Positions 23,051 through 35,600 of a DNA stretch of 64,000 nucleotides are shown here, one piece after another. Below the pieces are notes generated by a model. It saw only the letters and a program-made list of their open reading frames with translations. It ran no database searches and was not told the origin of the DNA. How positions within the stretch are numbered: the stretch's first letter is position 1; the number at the start of each line of letters is the position of its first letter. The position numbers were made by a program, and so were the translations under genes. The DNA is taken from contig CM085480.1 of the NCBI GenBank assembly GCA_041753875.1, positions 5,799,958-5,863,957 of the forward strand, in the 5' to 3' direction. The stretch comes from Acanthopagrus schlegelii (Eukaryota).

Positions 23051-26000
23051 AGGATAAATATTGGTTAAATCCCCATCACTTGGGATGCAGTGGAGGAGTG
23101 CAGACTGTGTTGGTGAGCTCTCGGTGGTGGAACCTATCATCTGCTTTTATCCTGATTTAACCTCACACATCTTTGGTTTATCTGCAAGAGGTGAAGCCAA
23201 TAAGAGCACTTTTATATGGCAAGCTACAATTTTCAGCATACAAAGCGAAAGAAAGCTGCAACTCAAATTTCACGGTACCTGCATGCTGTAACCATAAGAA
23301 ACATGGCGGACGGGGAAAAAGAAATATCCTTCAGCAAATTTCTCGATGCTATTCAAGAAACTAAAAATGACCTCACAAAACATTTTGACAAGAAAACAGC
23401 ATACAAACAACGTTAACGAAAATCGAGTCCTCACTCTCTACGCTGGCGGAACATGTCAAGGAGATGCACACACGAGTGAGTACGACAACGAAGACGATAT
23501 CAAAGATACCCACGACCGTGTTGCTGAAATGGAGAAACTGATAACGCACCTCAAAGACAAAACTGACAATTTAGGAAACCGCAGCAGGAGGTCTAACATT
23601 GGATAGTAAATGTTCCGGAACAAGCAGTGGGTCGTCATACCATAGGATTTTTGAAAAGGTTTATACTGCAAGTCCTGGGTAACGATCACCTCACCTGTTA
23701 CACTGGAAAGAGCGCCCTGCATGGGGAAAAAGTTGGACAGACTGCAGCCCCTCATCACCAAATTCCTGAACTTCAGAAGTAAAGGAGAGATGACATGGAG
23801 AACAAAAGAATATTCTTTTACCCAGATTATAGCGCAAACCTGCAGCGTAGGAGAGACGTGAAGCGGACGCTGCGAGAGAAGGTGGTGGAATACGCTCTGA
23901 TCTACCCAGCCCAGCTTCACATCAAACATCTGGGAACCGTCAAGTTTTTTCTCCATTCCAGCCCAAGTGCAACGTTTTTTGAAAGAACTCCCAAGTGAGT
24001 AGCCTGACCAAAGTTACCGTTATAGACACTGATGAGGAAGAAAGGAGGAAAACAAAGGACTACAATCTGACTACACTACAAGACTTGGCTATGAAAAGGT
24101 ACAACATCAAATCTCTCCAACGTAGGAAGGCAAAACGGCTATGAAACAATATTACGCTAATATTACGCAGGCTAAGCTGTGAAAAATTAACAAACAAAAT
24201 ATCATTCCAATAGAGGAAAGAAAAGGCTATAAACTTAACTGCAAGACTGAGCTGCACTATAAAATGATTAACAAAAAATCACTCTCTAAGAGGCAAAAGA
24301 AAATACAGAATTACTGACAAGGAAAGACAAGGGTTGTGGTGAAAGTATATATACTATAAAATTAAAATACATGAGGGTGATGGGGAACAGGTGGACACAA
24401 TCAGGAATTGGGGAGACGTTCAGACTGGTGACACATGAGGAAGGGCAAGTGACCTGAAATGAGTTGCTTTTCAAAATAAAACAGGAAGTTCACGAGAAAA
24501 AAACAAAGACAAACCTCACCGCTGTGTGACACCCACAAGGCAAAACAAATTAGAAAGAGACTAACCAAATTGGAAAGAGATATTAAAAAGCAGGGAACAG
24601 GATTACATTGCCACCAAAAAGGAAGAACACCTTAATGCACTAACAAAAACAAGGATTCAATATAATAATGTACTAACAAAGAGGAAGCAGCTATGCCCAG
24701 CAATAGATATCACTATTATGAATTTGGGAACAAAACAAGTAAACTCTTGGCTTGGCAAATTAAAAAGGAAACACCTGATAACTGTAGACACTCAATATTA
24801 ACAGAGGGGGGCAGACTCCTTGATAATTCACTATCCATAAATGCAGAATTCAAACAATTTTACAAAGATTTATATAAAACTGGGCAGGATGCTGATAATA
24901 TTGGAGCAAAAAGGTTCATGGATGGAATAACCCTTCCCAAATTACAAGATGAGGGCAGAGATCTGCTTGATGCAGATATATCAGAAATGGATATACTCCA
25001 AGCAACAATCACACTGCTACCAAAACCGGGTAAGGACAAACAGAAATGTGACTCATACAGACTCCTCAGCCTCTTAAATGCAGATTATAAGATACAATCC
25101 AAACTAATTGCTCTAACACACGCTGACGAAACAGGCTTTGTTACAAACAGGCACGGAGCAGATATTGTGCAGCGACTGCTCCACATACTGAACACTGCTC
25201 AAAAAAAATCAAAATCCTATGCTAATAATGTCTATGGATCCAAAGCATTTGACAGGATTGGACCAAGCTTTCTATTTCAGACTCTAGAGGCTATGGGCTT
25301 TGGAGAGAAATTCACTCATTCACTCATTCACTCTGTTTAATGCCCCCAAAGCTAATATTTTAACAAATGACATTGTACCTATCACTTTCTCATTATCCAG
25401 AGGGTGCAGGTAAGGCTGTCCAAGCTCCCCCCTGCTCTTTGCACTTGCAATTGAACCGTTAACCATCGGCATCCACTCCAACACCCCCATAACCGGAATT
25501 TATTTGGCACAAATAAACATAAACTTTCTCTATATGCAGATGATCTCCTATTATATATAACTGATCCACACACATCAGTCCCCCCTTTTTTGGAATGCCT
25601 CAAAGAATATAGTGCAGTTTCAGGGTATAAATTCAATTACACTAATAGCGAGATTTAACCACTAAATATACAAGACAACAGTATTAGAGCTCTCACTGAC
25701 CCACTGAAATGGCGCAACATTGGTTTCAAATATTTGGGTATGATAATTGGTAAATTGCTTGAGCATATATTTAAAAAGAACTATATAAAATTATTGGAAC
25801 AAATCAAACTTAACCTTCAAAGACTGATTGATCTCCCACTGTCTCTCATAGGCAGAATTAATACTATAAAAATGAACATTTTGCCCAAGTTTATTTACCT
25901 ATTTCAGTGTCCCCCACTGAATGTTCCCAAGAGTTTCTTCAAAGAGCTTAACAAAATTATACTCCTTTTATATTGCAAAGGAAAAACCCAAAGTTTAAAC

Positions 26001-27065
26001 ACATCTCTCTACAGGCTTCATATTCAAGAGGAGGACTTAATCTACCAAATTTTAGGAATTATTATCTTGCTTCATAGTACCCATCAATCTGGATCTGGCT
26101 GCATGCAGAGAACAGTGAGGTTAGATGGGTCCCAATAGAACAACACAAGATGAAGTCTATGCCTCTAAAGGATATTCCATTCTTAGGTACAAAAAAATGT
26201 TTAGCCACACTCACGAACAATTCAATAATACTGAACACATTTTCTACTTGGCAATAATCTCACTCACTTCTTGACACAAATATTTCTTTTCTTGGAAGGG
26301 CCTCTTTGTGGGTAATCCCAACCTCTCACACCACATAGCTGAGTCAATGTTGCGGGGGTGGAGGGACATAGAAATCCAAACAGTTGCTGATTTATACATT
26401 AATGATTCATTTACTAATTTCCAAAAACTAAATGAAAATTTCAACCTTCCCAAAGTTAGTTTCTTCAAATTCCTACAAATTAGAGACTGGGTTAAGGAGA
26501 AATCCAAAGAAACATTCCCATATATCCCAAAAGAATCTCCTCTTGAAACCCACCTAACAAATTACACAGATCAACAAAAGGAAAAAAATATATATATGGT
26601 ATCATCAGTGGAAAGTTGCCTTTTTATGATAAAACATTTACAAAGGGGAAATGGGAAACAGACCTAGGCTGTATTAATGAGGAGGCAGACTGGCATCATC
26701 TATTGGAACAGGCACAGACTGTACTAACCTCCACAAAACACAGGCAAATTCAATTCAAAATATTCCATAGGCCATACTACACCTCTTACAGTTTACATAT
26801 TCATTTGTGTATGTTTCTATTGTAAAATCCAACTTTCAGTGTATCAAACTGTAGATGCTTGCTATACACCATAAACATCAGCTCTTCTGGAGCTACTGTT
26901 GATCAAAACAAATCTTACAAAAAAAAAAATCTCCATCACTTAAGTTTTTCGTGTTCTGATTCTGTTAAATGGGCCTCTGGTAAGAAAGCTACGTCCACCC
27001 CCTCCCTCTTCAATTTTGTCATAACCTTGCTCCTTCTGATGGGATTTTCAAACCATTGACATTGT
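23050..27065 (+). mobile_element. Second L1-like LINE on the plus strand. It has a 5'UTR and a disrupted ORF1 from ATG 23303. Its ORF2 lacks most of the endonuclease but retains the RT.
   Basis: ORF1-like sequence includes ...NRSRRSNI.. and YPAQLHIKHLGTVKFF, which resemble the L1 ORF1p RRNNIRIIG and CTD motifs. ORF2 RT sequence includes ITLLPKPGKDKQKCDSYRLLSLLNADYKIQSKLIA..DETGFV and [34 protein letters not shown], and it also carries a thumb region and a C-terminal region. Confidence 0.8.
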
Positions 27066-28300
27066 ACGTGATTATTTTAGTTGACTTCATACCTTACATT
27101 TAGTTTTGTTGTTTTAAGCCCCTGTACGCCTGTAACTGAGTCATATCTTACACCCCTGGTGCTGTAAAGAATGATACCACAAACCATAAGGGAAACAAAA
27201 CTGTTAACCTGCATCACATCACAATCAATAACATCGTCATCCAAAATTAAGGCCTCTTTGATGGCCTCCTGGCTCTGATGGAATGTGAGTCCGACCACAA
27301 AACCTGTCCTCCATAAGCCCTTACTCTCATCTTGCTGATGCAATCAATGTCATGTACAGGAATATGTTTGATACTAGAATGTCCAAAAAATTATTCACTG
27401 CACTGTAAAAGATAACTAAAGAATGCTATAACTATATGAATGTCATTTTTGAATTTGATTGATCTTGGCGGGGCATCCATCGGAGGATTTGAGGCGAGTG
27501 CCCGGTGCGCTCTCTTGATAATTAGCGCTGCAGAGGGAGGGAGCTCCTGGCCCTTCAACAGTAAATCTTCCACCAAAGTAATCACCGATGTCATGTTTTC
27601 TTCAGCTCCTTCTTTTACCCCATGTATTCTGACATTGTCATGAAATGAGGACCCCTGTATATCAGTCAACTTAGCCTCCGTTTGTACATGAAGCGTCACC
27701 AGCTCCGATAAAACATCCTCTGCTGACTGGATTCAGGTCTCGGCTGCTTTGATTCGTTTCTCTGCTTCTTCCATAATGTTACGACCCTCTAAAAAAAAGA
27801 CAGCTCGTCCACAGAAGGCCCCACATAATTAATCAGTCAGGAAAATCCCAATAATTGACCACTTTATTTATAGTGCAAGCCACATTCCTTCCTCTTTTAA
27901 GTCTTCCCCTCAATTATCAAATAAGGGCCACCTGGGAGAAAGCACAACACAACAAACAAAATGGTCAACAGAATCTCTGGTTATACCTTTCCCATCCAGC
28001 AGGGGGGGAGTATGTAAATGTTGTTGTCAGTATCCTCTCGCATGCTGTTTACTTAGCAGTCCTTCCTGAATTCTCTTAGTTCTTTCAGTATTACATCCAG
28101 CCTTTCGTGTTTGTCCCGACTCTGCGTCGGTCTGCATACTGGTCTCCATCCTGCTAATGCTGCTAACTTGCAGCGGATGACCTTCTCTTCGTCATCGTGT
28201 TTCTTACTTTGTGCAAGTATTTTCTTCCCCTTTCTGATGGGCATGCTCTATCAAATGTTTTTTGTTGTTGTTGACTATACTGCAGTTTTTATTCATGCTT
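27066..28300 (-). mobile_element. L1-like ORF1 region (coiled-coil plus RRM-like/CTD) on the minus strand. It is probably the 5' portion of the minus-strand LINE at 20265-23050, split by the plus-strand LINE.
   Basis: Minus-strand ORFs read NVRIHGVKEGAEENMTSVITLVEDLL..IKRAHRALASNPP..PRSIKFKNDIHIVIAF and FVVGLTFHQSQEAIKEALILDDDV. These match L1 ORF1p conserved blocks. Confidence 0.6.
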
Positions 28301-28371
28301 GTCGTTTATTGATTGTTTTTGTACTTGTAAGGCAACCTTGAGTGCCATGACAGGCACCATCAAATAAAATG

Positions 28372-28379
28372 TATTATTA

Positions 28380-28413
<34 letters not shown>

Positions 28414-28414
28414 C
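28372..28414. repeat. (ATT)n microsatellite
   Basis: Direct reading. The copy-2 counterpart is at about 60437-60467. Confidence 0.9.
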
Positions 28415-28829
28415 ATAGTCATTCGCCCATTAAAACTCAGCTTGCTTTGACATTACTTTAATAAATTTGAGTTTATCAGACGTTTTTGAAATATTGCTGT
28501 AGGGAGCCTGCTGCCTAAGCTGCCATTATGTCACCCGCAAGAACGGAAGTCCTCAGCATAAAGATTTAACAATGTGCAAATATTGAGAGGAGATCAATAG
28601 CTTCAGTTTCTAAGATTGAAGTTATTGTCATTGAAAAATATTTTGACTTTGATGAGTTATTTTGTTCCGTTCTTATTTAAGTAAATATAAATATATAGTG
28701 AATATCAATTAGCACATCAGTTAACAACATTTTCATCCAAAGAACATGCATTTAATCCACAACCTCCCAAGCTGGACAACATGGACGTTGTCTGATTTTG
28801 AATGTTACTTTTTTTGATGCTTTTTCTAG

Positions 28830-28972
28830 AGAGAACTTGTCCTGCAGGATGGAAGATGTTCAGTTGCACCTGCTATCTCTTCTCTGCAAAGACTGATTCT
28901 TGGGAAAATGGCAGACAAGACTGCAGAGACAGAGGAGCAGAGCTGGTGACCATTGACACTGATGAAAAACAG
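28830..28972 (+). CDS. Gene C exon 4: CRD exon 1 (N/K)RTCPAGWKMFSCTCYLFSAKTDSWENGRQDCRDRGAELVTIDTDEKQ
   Basis: Acceptor tttctag|AG and donor aacag|GTAGTG. It is 143 nt long. The flanking intron sequence is homologous to gene B at 8200-8350. Confidence 0.8.
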
Positions 28973-29249
28973 GTAGTGAGGAGTTTTTCTTTATATTGCT
29001 TAGATTGTGGAGTCCCCTGAGACAAATGTTTGATGTGAATAAAACTGACCCCTGCATGCCTTCTTACCTTCCTAAATACTTTATGTGCACCTCAGTTTTT
29101 GCCCCCCATAAAAGTAAGGGAACAAATTACTGAGAGGCAGAAAGATCACACGACATTAATCAGAAACAAAGCCCAGCAAACCTGGCAGGAGTTCATCCAC
29201 TTGACAAAACACAGATAGGCGAGAGTGTGATGGTCAGTCCATGCGAGGA

Positions 29250-30300
29250 CATTATTCCTCCTGACTCTGGGAGAAGATGAGAATATGATCTAAATAAGTG
29301 AACACAAACCAGTTGTCACTGAGAACATCGTTGACCAAGGCCTGGAAGACAACAGGGGAATTGGTGGGACCAAAAGTCATGACTTGGTACTCTAAATGGC
29401 CGAGAGGATCGTCTACTAATTTCCTTCTCGTATGTGCACCCACTGATAAGCATTTCCAGGATGGCAGCCTGGTGGAGAGGTCCAAACGCTGAGTTGATGA
29501 TAGGGAGGGGGTATTTGTTTTTGACTGTTGTTTCATTCATACCTTTGTAGTCGATGGCCTTATAGATCCATCTTTTTTTAGCCACAACAAAAAAGGAAGA
29601 GTGGTGAATGAGTCTGGTGGGTATGTAAGCTGGTGATATGAGTCTCCTTTGCATCTTGTTTAGGGCGGGTAAGGTTGTAAAGACAGCTTGTAGGAAGAGT
29701 GGCACCAGGAAGTAGGTCAATCTAAGAGTTATATGGTCTGTGAGAGTGCATGGCCCTTGCTAAATATGTCGCTAGGGTTGTGATAGTTGGAGGGAACAGA
29801 GGAAAGGTCATTGTGTTCAGGGGTGGCAGGAGTGGAGTGGTAGCAGGAGGGGGCAGCAGAGTGAAGGCATGGGAATGACGAAATACACTCCATGTGATGA
29901 TTCTTGAAGCTGACCAATCAATATGGGTGTTGTGCATCTAAAGCCACAGGAGACCTAAGACAACTGGGGAGTGAGGTGAAGGGCTTACAACAAAATGTAT
30001 TGTCTCTCTATGAAAATGGAAAGAATGGAAAGAAGGAGAGTGGGTGGAACAGTACAATGAGTGATTTGAGCAGGTAATCTACCACCAAGTGCAAAAACAA
30101 AACCTTGGGAGAAGGAAGAGTCTCAGTGGGAATGTTAGCTTGGCAGACAAAGTCAGAGTCAATTACGTTATTGTCAGTACCCGAGTCAGTCAGTACCTGA
30201 AGTGGGAGAGTCTGTAGCTTGAGGCGAGAGGGCATAGAGGAGGTAGGAGTCAATCGGCTCATCAGCGCCCCGCTGTTGTGTGATGACACTGGTCTTTTAT
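29250..30300 (-). mobile_element. Ty3/gypsy-type LTR-retrotransposon pol fragment with aspartic protease plus the N-terminal RT. It is truncated after YLDHILIFS and carries frameshifts.
   Basis: Minus-strand ORFs read VLTDSGTDNNVIDSDFV, the protease D-S/T-G motif. They also read [66 protein letters not shown], the RT with a YxDD-like box. Confidence 0.8.
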
Positions 30301-31314
30301 GCAGCTATGCGCAGAGGAAGATGGCATGAATCAATCAAATTCCTTTATTGTCCCGCATGGCGCATGGCGCATGGCGTCGGTGTTCGGTCTCCGCTTGGTA
30401 ACAGATTGTTAATGTGGGGTTGAACCCAGAGGCAGTAGGACAGTTCAAAGTCAACATTCTCATGGCCTAGTTCATGAGCCATGAACAAAACAAGAGAGAC
30501 ACAAGGTGTAAACTGCAAAACTGAACCAAGTTATTAGCAAAGTAACCAAACGATACTTAAAGTCCTGATCTGACCTGAACAGGCCGACGCCAACTAAACA
30601 AAAAAAGGTGCTCCCAGGGGTGTTGATTATCACACCAGGAACCTGCAGGACAACAGACAAACATGAGGGAAAACACACACACCCACACACAGCAGGCCCT
30701 GCTAAAGCATGCGGGCCATCACACCATAAGGAATGGAACAAGCTGGCACAGGAGCAGTGAAGAGACAGGGTTAATACAGCAGGGGTTGATGAGATGATGA
30801 CATGCAGGCGTGTCCCTCAGCTGCAGCAGGCACAAGTCAGTGGACACAGACTCACACTAGGGAGGAGCAGGTGATGGAGGAAGGAGGGGGAGCAAACAGA
30901 TGTTATCAAATAACTAGCCCACATGGTAATCGTATGACTTCAGACTAACCAGAACGAAGCATTTTACGACACTCTGTTATACACGTTACTATACATTGAT
31001 CAATGTAAAAAGTTGTAAAATGAGAGTTAGAATAGTTTGTCACTAAATACGGATTGGTGATAAAAGTGTCTCCGTGTTCGATGTGATGAAGTTTGGTTTC
31101 ATTTGGTCTCATTTGGACACTTGTTAGCAACTGACTTTCTAAGACATGTAAACACTTATAAATCAAATGTAAAGTAAAAATATTTATTATATTCTGTTGT
31201 ACTCATAAAAGTTTGAAGTGAATGTTACTGTACTGTTCAGATGAATCCATATTAAATTTGATATGGTTCAGAATTAAATAGAAACAATGGCTTTATTTCC
31301 TTTACCTTGAACAG

Positions 31315-31421
31315 GAGTTAATCTCTAAATTCATCAAGGAAGATACTTGGATTGGTTTGAATGACAAAGACGAGGAGGGGACCTGGAGATGGATAGATGG
31401 AACTCCATCACCGACTGTGGT
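31315..31421 (+). CDS. Gene C exon 5: CRD exon 2 ELISKFIKEDTWIGLNDKDEEGTWRWIDGTPSPTV(V)
   Basis: Acceptor gaacag|GAGTTA and donor gtggt|GTAAGG. It is 107 nt long, one codon more than in gene B. Confidence 0.8.
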
Positions 31422-31532
31422 GTAAGGCAAAGAGAAGATGTTCAACACCTGATTTCAATATAGACACATATACAATGTTTGAATAATAGTTATCAGAATC
31501 AGACTGACTCACTTCCTTTAATAACCTCCTAG

Positions 31533-31690
31533 GTACTGGTTGGAAACACAGCCTGATAATGGTGGTGGAGACGCAAAGTGGGGCGAAGAGGACTGTATAC
31601 ACCTCGTATTTGGTGTGAATGTAAAAAAAAAACTGGAATGATGTGCGGTGTGATAAGCCTTTGAAGTGGATCTGTGCCAAAATGCCTTAG
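31533..31690 (+). pseudogene. Gene C exon 6, frameshifted. It reads YWLETQPDNGGGDAKWGEEDCIHLVFGVNVKKK then shifts to a premature TGA at 31639-31641. The homologous stop is at 31688-31690.
   Basis: At 31621-31633 the sequence is GT followed by 10 A's then CTGG. The intact copy at 63730-63745 reads gtcaaaaaaaactgg. One extra A plus a C-to-A change shifts the frame. This removes the WND motif and the last conserved Cys residues. Confidence 0.7.
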
Positions 31691-31726
31691 TATTTACATG
31701 AGCTTTGAAACAAAGCATTTATGAAT

Positions 31727-31728
<2 letters not shown>

Positions 31729-31792
<64 letters not shown>
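31729..31792. repeat. (GA)32 microsatellite in the gene C 3'UTR
   Basis: Direct reading. Confidence 0.95.
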
Positions 31793-31797
<5 letters not shown>

Positions 31798-32575
31798 ACA
31801 GAAAAGCTGAAATTGTATTTCTTGTAATTACATGAGAATAAGCTAATACTTAGCATGAGCATTTAGCATTTGTACCCGTTATTCTATCATAAAGACAGGC
31901 TTTTAATGATCAGATAATTATAATAAAGTTGTTTGATATCATATCTGAAGGATCTGCATGTCTTGTCAAAATTCTTGTTGCACAAAATAAATGCAGCAGC
32001 CAGTTTCCACGACACAGCCAAGAACTTTCAGTGTAAGTACCCTGTATTTGTAATTAACATTTCAAGGTGATGATACTGACACAAGATATCTGTGAAGGTT
32101 ACTACCGGTATGTCGTATGTCTCTATCAAATGGAAATCACATGTATGTTCCTGAAAGAGCTCATGTTACACTTATAAGGTCCACAAAATAATAATTGGTT
32201 AACTCTGGGGACAATACACAGCTTAACAACCTAAATATGCTTATAGTGAATTACCAAGTACTTTACAGTAATTCATGGTAATTCTACCACTACAACATGC
32301 CATTATGTCACTGATTTAAACTATTTCTAAGTAATTTTGCCACATTACAACATAATTAGCAGGCTGTAAATTAAGGGGTTACCAAACCTACTACTTTAAA
32401 TATATATTAATTATTACCACAGTTGTTGTACCTATGTTATACTGAGTGAATATTTGCTATATAAATTTTGACCATCCAGATTTAACTTTTTTTCAATAAG
32501 GACAACTTGTTCAATAAAGACCTTTAAACTCAGATTCACTACTTTGACCAATTCAGACGCACTAATTTTCCCACT

Positions 32576-32577
<2 letters not shown>

Positions 32578-32627
<50 letters not shown>

Positions 32628-32632
32628 TAATA
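32578..32632. repeat. (TAA)n microsatellite
   Basis: Direct reading. Confidence 0.9.
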
Positions 32633-35600
32633 ATCTCTCTGATTACTTTATAATTACTGTAACATTTCAAAGTCCATTTCAACAAACAGTATATTTATGC
32701 CAGTAGCAGAGGTGATACTGCAAATTCTGAGCCTGAGCTCGGCTGTTGTTGAGGTCAGCAAGTAAGTCCTCAGTTGCCAAAACCATTTCTTTAAAAGAAA
32801 ATTCAATGGAAAGTCAACTCAAATCATAGTATACCAATTCATTATTTCTTTTTTCTTTCATTTACATGTTTCCCCAAATTTCTTTTACTATACAGTTTTT
32901 TAGAAAAGAAAAACATTTTTTTAGAAAAAAACTGTATAGTAAGCTCAAATGACATTGTAATAGTATTGTCAGGGTCCTTTTGAATGAAACTGGGCTAAAG
33001 AAACATGGTCTGAAATATGTGAAAATATGCTCCTTTTTTTAAAATCACACAGGATCCGCGCTGTATCTGGATTTTATATAAGGTAACCCACAACTGCGTT
33101 GTAACACTGCATCATATCTGCAATTAGATAGCAGCCTCTGCTCCCTGTATTCTGTGGCTCAAACTTAATTCCACTGAAGTGAATATCTGTTCATTATTGT
33201 CTTTGGCTATGTACCACCATGAAGTTAGACATTAAAATAGAATGAATGAAAAGCTCACTGAACAATGCATTTCCTGTGACTAGCCTACCAAATTAAAGTC
33301 TTTTTCAACCCCATTTTGCCAGTTAAATGCTTTAATATGAAGTTGTTCAGTTTGCCTCAGCAGTACATGAGGACAACGCTGTACAGATAGAGATCTAGTT
33401 AAAAAGTAGGTAAGAAAACACTGATGCAACCTTACATAAAATATAAATTAAGTCATTCAAGTTATCATATCTCAAGTGAAGACTCGGGGCCTTCAACTTC
33501 CAAGTGCAAGTTGAGTATATATGAGTATCATAAGATAGATAGAACAGAAGGTGGTGGCGGGCATGTTGGATAAAACTATGGACACACGGACACCTGCAGG
33601 GGAAGACGGCCACTCCGGTCCTGCGTTTTCCATGTGCCAGGCTCAGCCGGAGGAAGATGAGCAAGAAGAAGAGGAGATGGATCAGCAGCGGGTACAGGAG
33701 GAAGAGGACGAGGAAAGGGGCGGGCATGGCCACCCACAGCCAACCACTGCAGGCACGGACACTTGCCATGATGCTAATGCTAACACTGACATTAGCCAAC
33801 AACCCGGGGATGGACCACGGCGCCCCATCAGGAAAATTCACCCTTCAAGGCTGATGGCAGAGATCTTTCAGTGCTGCCTGGTTGACACATACAGCTGGCG
33901 TGAATATTTGGTTGAGATGGACGCTACTCTTTTCTTTTTTTTCACAGACCCTGCCCATGACCTCTACAAACAAAGGACAAAGACTTTGGATGTTCAGTGC
34001 ATAGCTAGGCCACTTGCTTCAAATTCAGTGCGGCTACAGAGCATTTTCTGTCTGCTGAACTTTTCCCGCCTGGCGTAAAGAAAACCGCCCAATCTGGCAA
34101 CACCGGTTTTGACTCTTGGCTGTTGTGTGGAAGACTATATATGGCTTTAGGATAACCGTATCTCTTTAAAAGATACAGCTTACTGAATGACAAAAGAAAA
34201 AACAAAAGACATTTTTTCCCTCGCTGATAGTTTCCCTATAGAGCACTGTCTGGCTGAGTGACACCTCACGTAATATCTTGAACATGAAGTGCTGAATCCC
34301 AATCGTATTGAAAAATCATGCACAGCACCCCCATCAAACTGTTTAATAGTGCCACACAGACATTAAGGGCGAGGCCCTCTCCTTCAGCATGTGTTTTGGC
34401 AATTTCACAATCAATCTGCACAGGTGTGTAAATGGTAGGTTACCACAATCTAAACATCAGGTACGTTCTAATAGAGAATTCCGTATTGATAATACTATGG
34501 CAATTTTAAACAGCTTAATGGGAGTGCTGTTCTTGATTTTTTCTTTTTTGCTTATTGTCATTTAACTGAAAGCAAATCAGAATTTCTCAAAATGGCTGTT
34601 GCCTAGTCAGCAGGTCATCCAAACTATGAAGTCACCGTCAACCCAACAGCTCCTTGGCCTTCGATCTAAAGAGGGTGTGTGACTCATTTTCTCCCCCTCT
34701 GTTTTCTTTGCAGTTGCAGTTACATTTTACAGGTCGTATTTGTCTGCCACAGCATTGATATCTTCCCTTAACGCACAAATAAGTGAAGCCATTTAAATCA
34801 TTGTGGTACCAGCTACACATAAATAATTTAAATCTCAGATGTCATAATATAGTTCCTGAATAAACTTTTCAAATGTATTTAGTCCTGTAGTAGTCTATTC
34901 TTTATGGCATAAACTGTCTTAATGTCTATTTTTATTCCAGTGTCATGAAGAAGATGACTTTGCAGCAGAAATATTGGTTGGTTCGAGGCATTCACGTGAG
35001 CAGCGTTTGAGTCCAAGACAAATAAAGTACATTGTTGTCTTCGTCGTCTACGACATTATTCGGCAAACATGTCATTTGTTATTGAAACACAGGCAGATTA
35101 AGCTGCTTAAAACATTGTTTTTGACAGAACAAAGAACAAATTGTTCTTGACATTAAATGTGCAAATAAGAGAAGCAGTTGACAGGCCATTACGCACAAGG
35201 TTAAATAAGCTAAACTAAATAAACCGCACATTTGCTGCAACATTTTCTTGAATAAAGGCCACTCGTTTGAAAAATAAAAAAAGCGAGCTTTATTAACAAA
35301 GCTGAGTTCTGAATATGAAAATCCAAAACAAAAGGCAACAAAAACAAGAAGAGTGGGCAGGAGCAAATAAAATAAAGAAGTACAAAAAGTAACAATTAAA
35401 CTGCTGAAGGAAGAAGCACAGGGAACACAGGCAGGGACTCAGGGAAGATGAAACAACATGGAGAGAAGACGGAGTCCGCGAAACGGACAGGTGAGTGAAG
35501 GAACGGAAAAACACTGGGAGGGAAAAACACAAAGGAGGAATCGAAAGCAAGACGAGACACATGAGGGAAAATTTTCAAATTAAGACAGATTGATGATATT

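Noticed and set aside
20265-27065. Twin-priming (5'-inverted) single L1 insertion as the explanation for the head-to-head LINE sequences
   Set aside because: Both the minus-strand and plus-strand segments contain the RT and the ORF2 C-terminal region. A twin-primed element would carry non-overlapping parts. The RT peptides also differ substantially, so they are two different elements.
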